Source: Candidatus Terraquivivens ruidianensis (GTDB lineage: Archaea > Thermoproteota > Nitrososphaeria_A > Caldarchaeales > Wolframiiraptoraceae). From it: 64,000 bases of DNA. Where the stretch lies: positions 4,110-68,109 of the forward strand of contig JALNLB010000004.1 in assembly GCA_023267885.1 (NCBI GenBank), given 5' to 3'. This document shows positions 37,976 to 47,641 of the stretch, piece after piece. Positions within the stretch are counted from its first letter, which is position 1. Each line of letters opens with the position of its first letter. The notes beneath the pieces were generated by a model, which saw nothing but the letters and a program-made list of their open reading frames with translations, made no database searches and was not told the DNA's origin. A program made the translations under genes and the position numbers.

Positions 37976-39349
37976 TTAGCTTGCCTTTCTGAGCAGGGCT
38001 ACGAAGAAACCATTGCACATATCACGGTGTGGATAAAGCCTTCTGCATTCCTCCAAACCTAAAAGCCCTGGTGAGCCTAATTTTATAGGAGCGGCTTCAA
38101 GATGAAAATCAGGATTCGATGTGAGGAAGTCTTTAATCAAACCCTCATTCTCTTCAACTGTGATGCTACAAGTACAATATACGAGCAGGCCATTATTTTT
38201 TACATACCTCGCAACATTATCCAGCATTTTCTTCTGTATAGCTGAAAATTTCTTTATGGTAGTAGGCTTGACAATCCATCTGTAAGAGGGTTCACGCCAG
38301 AATAAACCGGTAGAACTGCACGGTGGGTCAAGTATCACGACGTCGGCATACAAACGCGTTGGCATATCCCTAGTAGCGTCGCAGAGGATAGCGTCCGCAC
38401 CCTCAACTCCTAAGCGTCGTGTGTACGAAAGATAGGTCTTTAACCTATGCGGCGAGATGTCAACAGAAAGGATTCTAGCTTTATTCTGTGCGTAGATTGC
38501 AATTAAAGAAGTTTTTATGCCAGGAGCTGCGCACACGTCAAGGAATCTCATGCCGCTCTTTGGCTGAGTAGAGATGATGGAGAATACGCTCGAGAAGTCT
38601 TGGACAGTGATGAGTCCACGTTTGCATACCGCTAAATCCCTTATAGGCTTAGACTGGATTATTTTGTAAAGTAAAGGAGCTCTCTTGTCCCTCTCAAACT
38701 TAACACCATCCCTTTCAAGCATCTCTAATATTTCCTCCTCAGACATCTTCAGTCTGTTTAGGATAAAATATGTCGGCGGCTTTTCGTTGCAAGCCTGCAT
38801 CAGTTTGACGGCCTCTGCTTTACCTAAAATGTTAAAAAGATATTCGACAAACCATCTGGGATGCCCGTATGCAAGACCTATTTTTTCTAATTCGTCCCCA
38901 CCCTCTGCTACCTTACCCTCAAGCTTTAATGCATACAACTTACCGAGTAACGGCTCTAATGGCATCATCCATTCTTTTCCGAAGACGTTCCTCGCTGCTT
39001 GGACGAATTTAGTAGCCTCGAGCCTGCTACATCCTTTTACGAGTACTTGATTGGTAAAAAGTTCCAGAAGGACCTTCCGATCAAGCCAAAACCGCTTATC
39101 CTTTATCACTTTACTGACAATCTTAGCTAAAAGGCTCCTTCTTGTTCCGTGCTCCCAGATTAACCTCCTTGCAATTTCTATCGATTTTATGGGATATCTT
39201 TTTTCACGTGTAATCTCATAAAGGCACGACTTAAGGGAGTGCCCTGTCTCCTTATGTCTCACATACGCTTGCACTACAGCTTTTAGCGCCGCACCTAAAA
39301 CATCCGGGGGTGTCTCGACTAACCATCGACCCGAATCATCGGCACTCAT
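37976..39349 (-). CDS. RsmB/Nop2-like RNA cytosine-C5 methyltransferase with N-terminal NusB-like domain
   Basis: 457 aa. FLDVCAAPGIKTS, VILDPPCSSTGL and YCTCSITVEENE. Confidence 0.85.
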   Translation of the reverse strand: MSADDSGRWLVETPPDVLGAALKAVVQAYVRHKETGHSLKSCLYEITREKRYPIKSIEIARRLIWEHGTRRSLLAKIVSKVIKDKRFWLDRKVLLELFTNQVLVKGCSRLEATKFVQAARNVFGKEWMMPLEPLLGKLYALKLEGKVAEGGDELEKIGLAYGHPRWFVEYLFNILGKAEAVKLMQACNEKPPTYFILNRLKMSEEEILEMLERDGVKFERDKRAPLLYKIIQSKPIRDLAVCKRGLITVQDFSSVFSIISTQPKSGMRFLDVCAAPGIKTSLIAIYAQNKARILSVDISPHRLKTYLSYTRRLGVEGADAILCDATRDMPTRLYADVVILDPPCSSTGLFWREPSYRWIVKPTTIKKFSAIQKKMLDNVARYVKNNGLLVYCTCSITVEENEGLIKDFLTSNPDFHLEAAPIKLGSPGLLGLEECRRLYPHRDMCNGFFVALLRKAS

Positions 39350-39505
39350 GCTTAAGACCTAGACCTAGCCGATTGTTAAATAAGCTTCCGGATAAGACCG
39401 ACGCATTGTTACTGTGTAAATGGGACCCAAAACATTAATATGTTAACATTTTTAAATAAATCCTAAGGATGGTCGGTTGGCATAGCCGACGGTAGGGGGT
39501 AAAAA

Positions 39506-39805
39506 TTGAGCCAAACCTTTAGTAGAGAGCCAACTTTGATATGCAATCCCCTTTGTAGGTTTTTCAGATGCGTTAAGAAAGCCCTGAACTATAGACAAAA
39601 TCCTCCGTGGTGCGATTGGGTAGGCGGGGTGTGCACAGGCTACCGTTGTCCGTATGCAAGCTGCATACAAGTTAAGCTACTTCCTGATGGAAGATGTGGT
39701 CTGTTCGTCAAGCGAAAGACGACCGAGACAGGCGAGCCAGAGATAAAGATTGGAGCTGACGTCGCCATTAGGGCCAAGAAAAGACTAGAGAAATTCGGTG
39801 CATAG
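39506..39805 (+). CDS. Small cysteine-rich hypothetical protein (9 Cys in the first ~65 aa, basic tail)
   Basis: 99 aa. CNPLCRFFRC...PWCDWVGGVCTGYRCPYASC...DGRCGLF. TTG start. A TTTAAATAAA box lies at 39451-39460. Confidence 0.4.
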   Translation: MSQTFSREPTLICNPLCRFFRCVKKALNYRQNPPWCDWVGGVCTGYRCPYASCIQVKLLPDGRCGLFVKRKTTETGEPEIKIGADVAIRAKKRLEKFGA

Positions 39806-39850
39806 TGCATCATTCAGTTTATAACATACCAATAAAACGCTTAGACAGGG

Positions 39851-40609
39851 TTGAGCGATAGCGTAGAGGTCATAGGCATAAGGGGTATACCGGTCATTAG
39901 GCCAGGTGACGACTTAGCTAGCATAATAGTTGAGAATGCCAGAAAGACAGGTGTAGGTATAAAGGATGGTGACATAATCGTCATCACGCACGTTGCCGTA
40001 GCTAGAGCTGAAGGAAAAATAGTACGGCTTAAGAACGTTGAACCCTCTGAGCTGGCAAAACGTATAGCGGAAGAGACTGGAAAGGACCCTAGACATGTTG
40101 AGGTTATACTAAGGGACTCAAAGGACATAATAAGAATGCGTAACGGGATAATAATATCTAGGACGAAACACGGGATCGTTTGTGCTAACGCTGGTGTGGA
40201 CGCTTCTAACGCCTCCGAGGACGAAAGCGTCGTCGCACTACCAGACGACCCGGATTTGTCAGCTAAGAAGATAAGAGAAGGAATAGAGAGACTTACGGGC
40301 TCGCAAGTTGCCGTTATTATATCAGATACCCAAGGCAGACCTTTCCGCAGGGGCGTGATCAACGTGGCCATAGGTTGTAGCGGCATACAGCCGCTGTGGG
40401 ATAGGAGAGGTGAGGTGGACCTTTTCGGGAGAGTCCTGCGCTCAAAGATTACGTGCGTCGCAGACGAGTTGTGCAGCGCCGCCGAGCTCGTAATAGGACA
40501 GGCTGCCGAAGGCATACCCGTAGCCGTAATCAGAGGTTACAGATACGTAAGGGACGAGGTGCCTGCTTCCGCCATCTTGAGGGACAGCAATGAGGAACTC
40601 TTCATCTAA
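39851..40609 (+). CDS. cofE: Coenzyme F420-0:L-glutamate ligase
   Basis: 252 aa. IPVIRPGDDLASIIV, DGDIIVITHVAVARAEG, KHGIVCANAGVDASN and VIISDTQGRPFRRG. Confidence 0.85.
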   Translation: MSDSVEVIGIRGIPVIRPGDDLASIIVENARKTGVGIKDGDIIVITHVAVARAEGKIVRLKNVEPSELAKRIAEETGKDPRHVEVILRDSKDIIRMRNGIIISRTKHGIVCANAGVDASNASEDESVVALPDDPDLSAKKIREGIERLTGSQVAVIISDTQGRPFRRGVINVAIGCSGIQPLWDRRGEVDLFGRVLRSKITCVADELCSAAELVIGQAAEGIPVAVIRGYRYVRDEVPASAILRDSNEELFI

Positions 40610-41330
40610 TCTCAACATTAGACCCGAAATAGTCACTAGGGTAGTTGAAAACCTGCTTAAGCTTACGTCGCATGGCGATATAACCACAATAGACGTCTTA
40701 GCTGAGCATAGCATGGTCTCGAGGGACGTTGCGTTCGAGGTCGTCTCAAGACTACTCGGTAAAGGCTTTAATGTAAACGATGTCGAAGTTACAGGCGATG
40801 TTAGACTATCCATCGTCCTAGAGTGCATTAGGGACGGTGCTCCTGCTGAAATTCTTGCCAGACATGTATCTTGGAAGGATTTTGAGGCTTTCTCCGCAAG
40901 AGTTCTAAGTGAGTACGGGTTTAATGTGCTGACAAACTTGAGGCTACGTGTGTCAAGGAAGAGAAGTGAGGTGGACGTGCTAGCTGCAAAAAGCCCCATC
41001 GTCTTGCTCCTCGACTGTAAAAGATGGGGCGCCGTTTTAAGCGGAAAAAGACTATCGTGCATATCAGAGAGCCAGATGAGAAGGGCTCGGATGTTCGCAG
41101 AATACCTCTCAAATATGCTTGGAAAGGGAGAAAAAACCGTTGAGATAATTCCAGTAATATTGACGCTTTACGGCTCGAGTAAGCAGGTCGAGAGTGGTGT
41201 GGCGATAGTACCTGTTGGTCTTCTGGGAAATTTTGTCGAAAAGCTACCAGAGATAAAGTATGACCTCGAGCGCATAAAGGCGAAGGTCGGCTCCGCATTA
41301 GATGCACTATTTAAACGCCAGAAAGAATAA
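40590..41330 (+). CDS. Hypothetical protein with a PD-(D/E)xK nuclease-like C-terminal domain (Mrr-cat-like)
   Basis: 246 aa. WKDFEAFSARVLSEYGFNV...SEVDVLAAKSPIVLLLDCKRW gives a D...D-x-K arrangement. The N-terminal ~70 aa may be a wHTH. 20-nt overlap with cofE. Confidence 0.45.
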   Translation: MRNSSSNLNIRPEIVTRVVENLLKLTSHGDITTIDVLAEHSMVSRDVAFEVVSRLLGKGFNVNDVEVTGDVRLSIVLECIRDGAPAEILARHVSWKDFEAFSARVLSEYGFNVLTNLRLRVSRKRSEVDVLAAKSPIVLLLDCKRWGAVLSGKRLSCISESQMRRARMFAEYLSNMLGKGEKTVEIIPVILTLYGSSKQVESGVAIVPVGLLGNFVEKLPEIKYDLERIKAKVGSALDALFKRQKE

Positions 41331-41442
41331 GCCGCCCCTCAGTGACCCTATGGTTCTTCATGAACTCAGTGTGAGCTTTGGGTTCTTCATCGGGGCAAAG
41401 TTTAGATGCGTCACCTCACGTATAAACGTTCGGATTTATGAG

Positions 41443-41517
41443 TGCTCCGGCCGGGATTTGAACCCGGGTCCCGGGCTCGAGAGGCCCGTATACTTGACCG
41501 GACTATACTACCGGAGC
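41443..41517 (-). tRNA. tRNA-Glu (anticodon CUC), no encoded CCA, no intron
   Basis: Minus-strand sequence GCTCCGGTAGTATAGTCCGGTCAAGTATACGGGCCTCTCGAGCCCGGGACCCGGGTTCAAATCCCGGCCGGAGCA. It has a perfect 7-bp acceptor stem, anticodon stem CGGGC/GCCCG, loop CTCTCGA, and a GGTTCAAATCC T-arm. Confidence 0.95.
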
Positions 41518-41685
41518 GATAGCGCGATAATATTCGTAATTGTCCATAAATTAAGCATTTCGTTTAAATCGCTTATTTTCCTTCAAAAGCTGCAAAATAG
41601 CCTGAAATATTACGCGATTATGACTAAACCTTAATATTTTGCTTGGTTCGATAAATTCCTCGAAACTGTTGAGAGGTGATCTTAC

Positions 41686-43314
41686 ATGTCTATGACGAGG
41701 CAGCCCATCTTAATACTAAAAGAAGGGACTCAAAGGACAAGGGGCAGACCAGCTCAGCACAATAATATCTTAGCAGCTAAAATAATCGCAGAAGTGGTTA
41801 AGACGACGCTCGGCCCAAAAGGAATGGACAAGATGCTAGTAGACAGTTTGGGCGATGTCGTCGTCACGAACGATGGTGCAACTATCCTCAAGAAGATAGA
41901 CGTTGAGCATCCTGCTGCCAAGATGATAGTGGAAGTCGCAAAGGCTCAAGACGAAACAGTCGGTGATGGTACGACTACGGCAGTCATCTTAGCTGGAGAA
42001 CTTTTAAAAAGAGCCGAGGAGTTAATGGAGCAGAAAATCCATCCGAGCACCATAATCAGCGGCTACAGGAAGGCTTTGGAGGTTGCTTATAAGACCCTTC
42101 AAGATACGATGTTAACCGTAGACTTAAAGGACAAGAGCACTATCAAGAAGGTCGTAAAGACGGCGCTTAGCAGCAAATCGCTAGGATATGCCCTAGACCA
42201 CATAGCCGACTTGGCAATAGAGGGAGTCCTCTCGGTCATAAAGGAAAGGGACGGTAAATTGATTGCCGACAAAGACGACATACAGATTGTGAAGAAAGTT
42301 GGCAAGAGTCTCATGGAATCCGAACTCGTAAGGGGCGTCATAGTTGACAAAGAGGTTGTCCACGCAGCGATGCCTAAGAGAGTAGAAAACGCTAAGATAG
42401 CCCTACTCGACACGCCACTGGAGATAGAGAAGACCGAGTTCAGCGCCGAGATCAGAATTAGAGACCCATCCAAGATAAAGGCGTTCTTAGATGAAGAGAC
42501 GAATATACTAAAAGAAATGGTTGACAAGATAGCCTCGGTGGGTGCGAACGTCATAGTCTGTCAGAAGGGCATAGACGATGCTGCCCAGTTCTTCTTGGCG
42601 AAGGCCGGCATACTTGCTGTAAGGCGTGTTAAAAGGTCAGACATGGAAAAGCTAGCAAAGGCTACAGGAGGAAGAATCGTCACCAACATCGAGAGTCTCA
42701 CTGAGAAGGACTTGGGGAAGGCTGGGCTGGTTGAGGAGAGAAAGATTGGTGAGGATAGGCTGGTGTTCGTCGAGCAATGCGAGAATCCTGGCGCGGTTTC
42801 CATACTGATTCGTGCGGGCCTAGAGAGGCAGATGGACGAGGCGGAGAGGGCTTTGAACGATGCCATCATGAACGTCGTAAACCTCGTGGAGAACAACAAG
42901 ATAGTACCCGGTGGTGGTGCAATAGAGATAGAGATAGCCAAGGCCATCCGAAAGGAGATGGGTAAGTTAACGGGTAAAGAACAGCTGGCGTTCCTAGCAT
43001 TCGCCGAGGCGGTAGAGTCCATACCGAGGACGCTCGCGGAGAATGCAGGTCTTGAGCCGGTTGAGATAATGGCTTCACTCAGGCACGCTCATGAGAATGA
43101 CGGCAAAGGTTACGGCATTAACCTCTTTGCCGGCAAGGTCGAGGACATGCTGAAGCTAGGCGTGTTAGAACCGCTGAGGGTCAAGGAGAATGCACTCAAG
43201 TCGTCTCTGGAGGCAGCTGCGATGATACTGCGTATCGACGATGTCGTTGCTGCTTCTAGAAAGAAGTTTACAGAAAAGAAGAGTGAAGAAGAAAAGATGG
43301 GCGGAGGCGGCTGA
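41686..43314 (+). CDS. ths: Thermosome subunit (group II chaperonin)
   Basis: 542 aa. [35 protein letters not shown] and VPGGGAIE, with a GGG tail. GAGGTGAT SD upstream. Confidence 0.95.
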   Translation: MSMTRQPILILKEGTQRTRGRPAQHNNILAAKIIAEVVKTTLGPKGMDKMLVDSLGDVVVTNDGATILKKIDVEHPAAKMIVEVAKAQDETVGDGTTTAVILAGELLKRAEELMEQKIHPSTIISGYRKALEVAYKTLQDTMLTVDLKDKSTIKKVVKTALSSKSLGYALDHIADLAIEGVLSVIKERDGKLIADKDDIQIVKKVGKSLMESELVRGVIVDKEVVHAAMPKRVENAKIALLDTPLEIEKTEFSAEIRIRDPSKIKAFLDEETNILKEMVDKIASVGANVIVCQKGIDDAAQFFLAKAGILAVRRVKRSDMEKLAKATGGRIVTNIESLTEKDLGKAGLVEERKIGEDRLVFVEQCENPGAVSILIRAGLERQMDEAERALNDAIMNVVNLVENNKIVPGGGAIEIEIAKAIRKEMGKLTGKEQLAFLAFAEAVESIPRTLAENAGLEPVEIMASLRHAHENDGKGYGINLFAGKVEDMLKLGVLEPLRVKENALKSSLEAAAMILRIDDVVAASRKKFTEKKSEEEKMGGGG

Positions 43315-43346
43315 TAAACCCAAGTATTTTAAAATTTTAAAAATTT

Positions 43347-43778
43347 TTATAATTTTTGCATCTTTAGCGCCAGAACTCCGTTTTTGTACGACTTATGCAT
43401 CAATTCTACCTTATGAGGCAAAACCAGCGTTCTTTTAAAACCACCGCCGCCTTTTATGATTATGCGTTTACCCAACGTCAATACATTCACAGCGTCCTCA
43501 GGACCTGGAACTTGTGCTATTATACTTATACAATCGCCCTCGTCCAACACCTCATAGATGAAATCCTTTAATCCTGACCTTTTGAGCATCTTACGAACCT
43601 CTATCATCCAATAGAATAGTATGAACGCTGTAGCCACTACCAAGACGATGCCTATGAATCCCCTTTGTAGCCTGAGGGCAAGTATAACCATCACTAGCAT
43701 GACGATAACTAATAACGTTACCGTCATGGGTCTGAGCTCATGAATCCTACGGTCCTTGCTGGCCTGCATGTTCCGCAC
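43347..43778 (-). CDS. Membrane-anchored Hsp20/alpha-crystallin-like domain protein
   Basis: 143 aa. Two N-terminal TM helices (VTLLVIVMLVMVILAL, IGIVLVVATAFILFYWMI). These are followed by an ACD-like segment: YEVLDEGDCISIIAQVPGPEDAVNVLTLGKRIIIKG..RTLVLPHKVELMHKSYKNGVLALKM. Confidence 0.55.
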   Translation of the reverse strand: MRNMQASKDRRIHELRPMTVTLLVIVMLVMVILALRLQRGFIGIVLVVATAFILFYWMIEVRKMLKRSGLKDFIYEVLDEGDCISIIAQVPGPEDAVNVLTLGKRIIIKGGGGFKRTLVLPHKVELMHKSYKNGVLALKMQKL

Positions 43779-43791
43779 CGGCCACTACCGG

Positions 43792-46599
43792 CTACTTTAA
43801 GACGATAGATATATAATGCAATTCTACTACTCCGTCTTCTACTATAAGAACTCCGTATTTAATAATATTATCTTCTGTCCATTCCAGCACCCTCTTCCCC
43901 ACCCATTCCCCTATGAACGCCTGAACCATTTCCTTTACTTTCTCGTAGTCCTCAGCAGACTTCACGTTAACTTCGCCTTCAAGGAAAACTAAGTGAGCAT
44001 TTATCTTTTCAGGTCTCACCACGGTAACATTTGCATGTTCGAATAATGTTAGAATAAACTCTTTAACGTTAGAAAGCTCTCGTTCACCCGTAGTAACCTC
44101 AGGAGGAGGCGTCTCTAATCCTGCTAACTTCAACAAGAATGCCCTGAATGCCATTTCAGGTGTAGATCCGAGACCGACGTAGTATTCACCAGTAAAGGCA
44201 GCACCTACAGCAGCCACTGTACCAATTGTTGTTATGACACCCTCTGCTGGTGCTGTGTATACTGGAATGAAGTAAACTGGGTAGTCATCGATTTGGTATA
44301 GTATATTATCGCCTATTCTCGGGTTCCTAAGTAGAGTCTCCATCTGTTTAAAGACCGGGTCCCTTCTTAGAGCTTCAATAGCTGCCGTTGGACCTAAAAG
44401 CTTGACCGTCGATTCCAGAGGAACTTTGTAGACGATTACCTCACCAAGGTGAGGATAGTCATTTCTTATTACGGCATAGCCCGCAAGGTTCTGTCCTAAA
44501 GCACCTTTAAGCTGTAAAGAGAGCATGCCAATGAACTCGATGTCTTCGAAACCGGGCGGTTGTGCATAGATGAAGTACGTCTCAAGATCTTTAGGAACTT
44601 CGAAGAACTCTCTTGCACCTATGAATGTGGCAGGGTCCCTGACGTGATACCTATTGTATATGCTAATCCTCCATTCAAATAACTCGACAGGATACCTAGC
44701 CTGTTTGTGCAACCAAGTAGGCACTTCTGTGCTGATGTACTCGGCATAAAGATTTTTAAATAACTCACTAAAGAAATCGTCGCCTATTACTATGAGGTGT
44801 ACTGTACCATCGTAGGCATCTATCAACGAATAACCAACGAAGCGTGTAAAGAATTCGCCCCTACTCCATGGCACGTTCTCGGCAGGTACTCTAAAGATAA
44901 GCGGCATCAACCAATAGGTCCTTTCACCGTCCGTCACTGGAAACATATCAACCCATGAGTCGCCCCATTGGTACGAAAAGTAAGGGAATAAAAGACCTAC
45001 CCTGTCGTATACATCCTTATACCTCATTATGTGGACAGTTTTATCAGGATACGATAGCATGAACGTTATGTCAAACAACCAGCTTAAAGGTGGCTGAGTA
45101 TCTATACCACCCTTTCCTGAGTAGAAATGTCCAGTAACTTCCTTACTCGATTCTTCGCCAACTACATAAGCCGACCAAGTGGTTGAAAGTAAACCACCTT
45201 CTCCATAGTAGATTTTACGCTGCTTGAAGAATTTGCTTGGGTCCGCAATCGTTCCGTCATACGCATTCAGTAAAAGAAAGCCACTCGGTACATGCGTATA
45301 AACCATGTGCTCGTTGAACCAACGGTCCTCAGGCTTTACGAATGCAGGCAGTATAGGCTTCATGGATGCGCTCCAGTAAAGCGTACCGTTGAACCTTATT
45401 ATGTCCGAGTCTTCGAAGTCAACATACGGTATAAGACCTATCTCCGGTTTGAGTTTCGTGAATGCCGCATCCCAATCCCATAACCTAACCTTTGATAATA
45501 TGTTTTTATGTTCTTCGATGTATGAGGATATCGTCTCTTGGCGTATCTCTTTCATAGAAAAATTGTATGGCAATTCCTTAATCCTATCAAGTTCCGCCAG
45601 ATAACGATTTACTGATATCTCTTGGACGACGTAAGGGCCCAGCCACTCTATTTTTCTCGCATCGGCTACGCTGTTCTGTATGGCGATAATGGAGCCTGCT
45701 AAAAGAGCAACAAGCACTATAGCACCGATTCTTACATAAATGTTCCCCAACCTGCCTAACTTGCGGGAGTCGAGGTATGCATAAATTGCAAATATTGCCG
45801 CAACCGTTATCATCGCGATAAGACTTACCTTCGTGTTGTAATCGATGTACGTTGTGAAGAATGAATTAAAAGCTGTCCAGAAAAGCCCAACTGCTATCAG
45901 CGCCTCTATCGTGGCAATCGGTATTACAACCCTGCCTTCCTCTAAATACTTTACGATTGAAGTACTGATGCACTTGACGAGGTGCGTTAAGCCTACCAGA
46001 ACTATAAGTCTAACTCCTACTGCACCAAGTAACGGAGGTATAATGAGTAACAACGCCGGAAGCGCTGGTACGACCATGTTTTGGGCGAACGTCTCATCAA
46101 CAGGAGGGACGATGAACGGTAAGGGGAATATTCTCCAAACCTCACCCAGCCCTGGGTCCCATCCGTTTAGCATCGCTAGCACTGACATACCAAAGAGCGT
46201 GTTTGTGAAGAATATTGTTCCCACTATCGTTTTCGTTACCTGCCAAACGACGAAATTGCGTACGCTCATCTTGAACCTTGAGAAGTCTATTGCATCAAGA
46301 TAGACGAAGCTGGGACTTCTAACCATAGTCAGTAGCAGCTTGAAGAACCACCACAAAAGTGACCTTCTGTTTTTAAAATCAACCCTAAAGAAGGCTATTG
46401 CCGAAAGTGTCAGACCGCCAACTAACGCGTAGTAGAAAGGCCTTATGAAAAGTTCGCCGAACTCCACGAAGTTTAGGAATAAATTGATTGTCTGACTGCC
46501 GACTATGAAGAACATCAGCACGATTATTATCGCCGCTATTATCCTAACTACCCATTTTCTTGACGGTGTTCTTCTGCTCGGATAGTACTCTCGTCGCAT
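43792..46599 (-). CDS. Large membrane protein, UPF0182-like (COG1615)
   Basis: 935 aa. N-terminal ~300 aa has ~7 TM helices, then a very large extracytoplasmic region. Size, topology and the segment DDYPVYFIPVYTAP recall UPF0182. Not verified by alignment. Confidence 0.5.
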   Translation of the reverse strand: MRREYYPSRRTPSRKWVVRIIAAIIIVLMFFIVGSQTINLFLNFVEFGELFIRPFYYALVGGLTLSAIAFFRVDFKNRRSLLWWFFKLLLTMVRSPSFVYLDAIDFSRFKMSVRNFVVWQVTKTIVGTIFFTNTLFGMSVLAMLNGWDPGLGEVWRIFPLPFIVPPVDETFAQNMVVPALPALLLIIPPLLGAVGVRLIVLVGLTHLVKCISTSIVKYLEEGRVVIPIATIEALIAVGLFWTAFNSFFTTYIDYNTKVSLIAMITVAAIFAIYAYLDSRKLGRLGNIYVRIGAIVLVALLAGSIIAIQNSVADARKIEWLGPYVVQEISVNRYLAELDRIKELPYNFSMKEIRQETISSYIEEHKNILSKVRLWDWDAAFTKLKPEIGLIPYVDFEDSDIIRFNGTLYWSASMKPILPAFVKPEDRWFNEHMVYTHVPSGFLLLNAYDGTIADPSKFFKQRKIYYGEGGLLSTTWSAYVVGEESSKEVTGHFYSGKGGIDTQPPLSWLFDITFMLSYPDKTVHIMRYKDVYDRVGLLFPYFSYQWGDSWVDMFPVTDGERTYWLMPLIFRVPAENVPWSRGEFFTRFVGYSLIDAYDGTVHLIVIGDDFFSELFKNLYAEYISTEVPTWLHKQARYPVELFEWRISIYNRYHVRDPATFIGAREFFEVPKDLETYFIYAQPPGFEDIEFIGMLSLQLKGALGQNLAGYAVIRNDYPHLGEVIVYKVPLESTVKLLGPTAAIEALRRDPVFKQMETLLRNPRIGDNILYQIDDYPVYFIPVYTAPAEGVITTIGTVAAVGAAFTGEYYVGLGSTPEMAFRAFLLKLAGLETPPPEVTTGERELSNVKEFILTLFEHANVTVVRPEKINAHLVFLEGEVNVKSAEDYEKVKEMVQAFIGEWVGKRVLEWTEDNIIKYGVLIVEDGVVELHYISIVLK

Positions 46600-46631
46600 G
46601 AAGCTTAAAGTTTATTCATTAATAGGCAACT

Positions 46632-47426
46632 TTAAACCTTTTTTACGACGCTTGCGTCGTTCCAAAGATAGTCGAAGTAGTCCCTAGCAAACTTTGCCAA
46701 GCTCGTATGATCTGACCATATGGCTATAGCCGGCCTCTTCCCATTTTCAGCCGCAAGGATTATCATAACCTCCTTTAAATCACGGACTGCGCCACCACCG
46801 AACATGTGCTCCCTGACCCTAACATCCGCAACCTCGGCCACTTTCTTTAGTGTCTGCTGCTCAACATCTGACGTGAGCATTATCTGCACTTTGCCGTTTC
46901 TCCCTTTGATTGCTGTAAAAAACGGTAGCAATGTACGTAAAAGCTCCTTAGGAAGAATTGGTGTTGCTAATAACAACTCTCGTTCACAATTAGCGATAAG
47001 TTCCTTTAACTTAGCTAGAATGTTTTGTTCTCCCCTCAATATCCAAATATCTGGCCTTTCCTTAGCCCACCTGTTCTCGAAGACAGGCATGAGCTCGGAT
47101 ACTATTATATCACCATTTTGTTGGAACTTTTCTTCGAGCTTCAGCTTCATAACCTCGACGGCCGTAACGGGTGATTTTGCATGATACTTTGCAGGTCTTC
47201 CACCCTCTACTTCAACCCATCCCTTCTCCTCCAAGCTCCCTAATACCTCGTAAATCTTTGAATAGGGTATCTCAGCTATATTGCTCAGCTCGCTAGCGGT
47301 CAATGGACCCATTTGGATAAGCGGAAGATAAGCCCTAATCTCGTAATCCGTAAGACCTAGGTTTTGCATCGCCTTTTTAACTCTCTCGCTGATAGTTATT
47401 TTGTCTGTTTTTTCAGTCCAACCCAT
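46632..47426 (-). CDS. TrmB-family transcriptional regulator
   Basis: 264 aa. LGLTDYEIRAYLPLIQMGPLTASELSNIAEIPYSKIYEVLGSLEEKGWVEV plus a TrmB C-terminal domain. Confidence 0.8.
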   Translation of the reverse strand: MGWTEKTDKITISERVKKAMQNLGLTDYEIRAYLPLIQMGPLTASELSNIAEIPYSKIYEVLGSLEEKGWVEVEGGRPAKYHAKSPVTAVEVMKLKLEEKFQQNGDIIVSELMPVFENRWAKERPDIWILRGEQNILAKLKELIANCERELLLATPILPKELLRTLLPFFTAIKGRNGKVQIMLTSDVEQQTLKKVAEVADVRVREHMFGGGAVRDLKEVMIILAAENGKRPAIAIWSDHTSLAKFARDYFDYLWNDASVVKKV

Positions 47427-47641
47427 ACAATCATAAATTTTAAGGATTGCTGCCTTATATCTGCTTCTCGGTTACTATATTGGATAGTCTTCGAGACGTT
47501 CTATAACGTTCTTTATCTTAAGAGGGCTTATCAATAACTTAGCGTCGAAATCGTGACTAACTGCTCATATTGATATGATAATTTTTCATAAAGCGCTGTC
47601 TAGAGATTATCTATTTTAAAACGAAGGATAAAACCATCACG

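Noticed and set aside
39841-41062. Long antisense ORFs opposite cofE and the PD-(D/E)xK gene (39841-40515, 224 aa; 40442-41062, 206 aa).
   Set aside because: Their translations are Ser/Thr/Pro/Leu-rich with no motif. They lie exactly opposite genes with strong family signatures, so they look like codon-bias shadow ORFs. The same applies to 336-806, 9974-10549, 11247-11816, 25781-26221, 26883-27317, 42099-43022, 45845-46303, 46720-47184 and 54221-54706.
41302-41634. 110-aa ORF spanning the tRNA-Glu gene, and an 80-aa ORF (20162-20404) spanning the tRNA-Ala gene.
   Set aside because: Both overlap clear cloverleaf tRNAs on the opposite strand and have no protein-like features.
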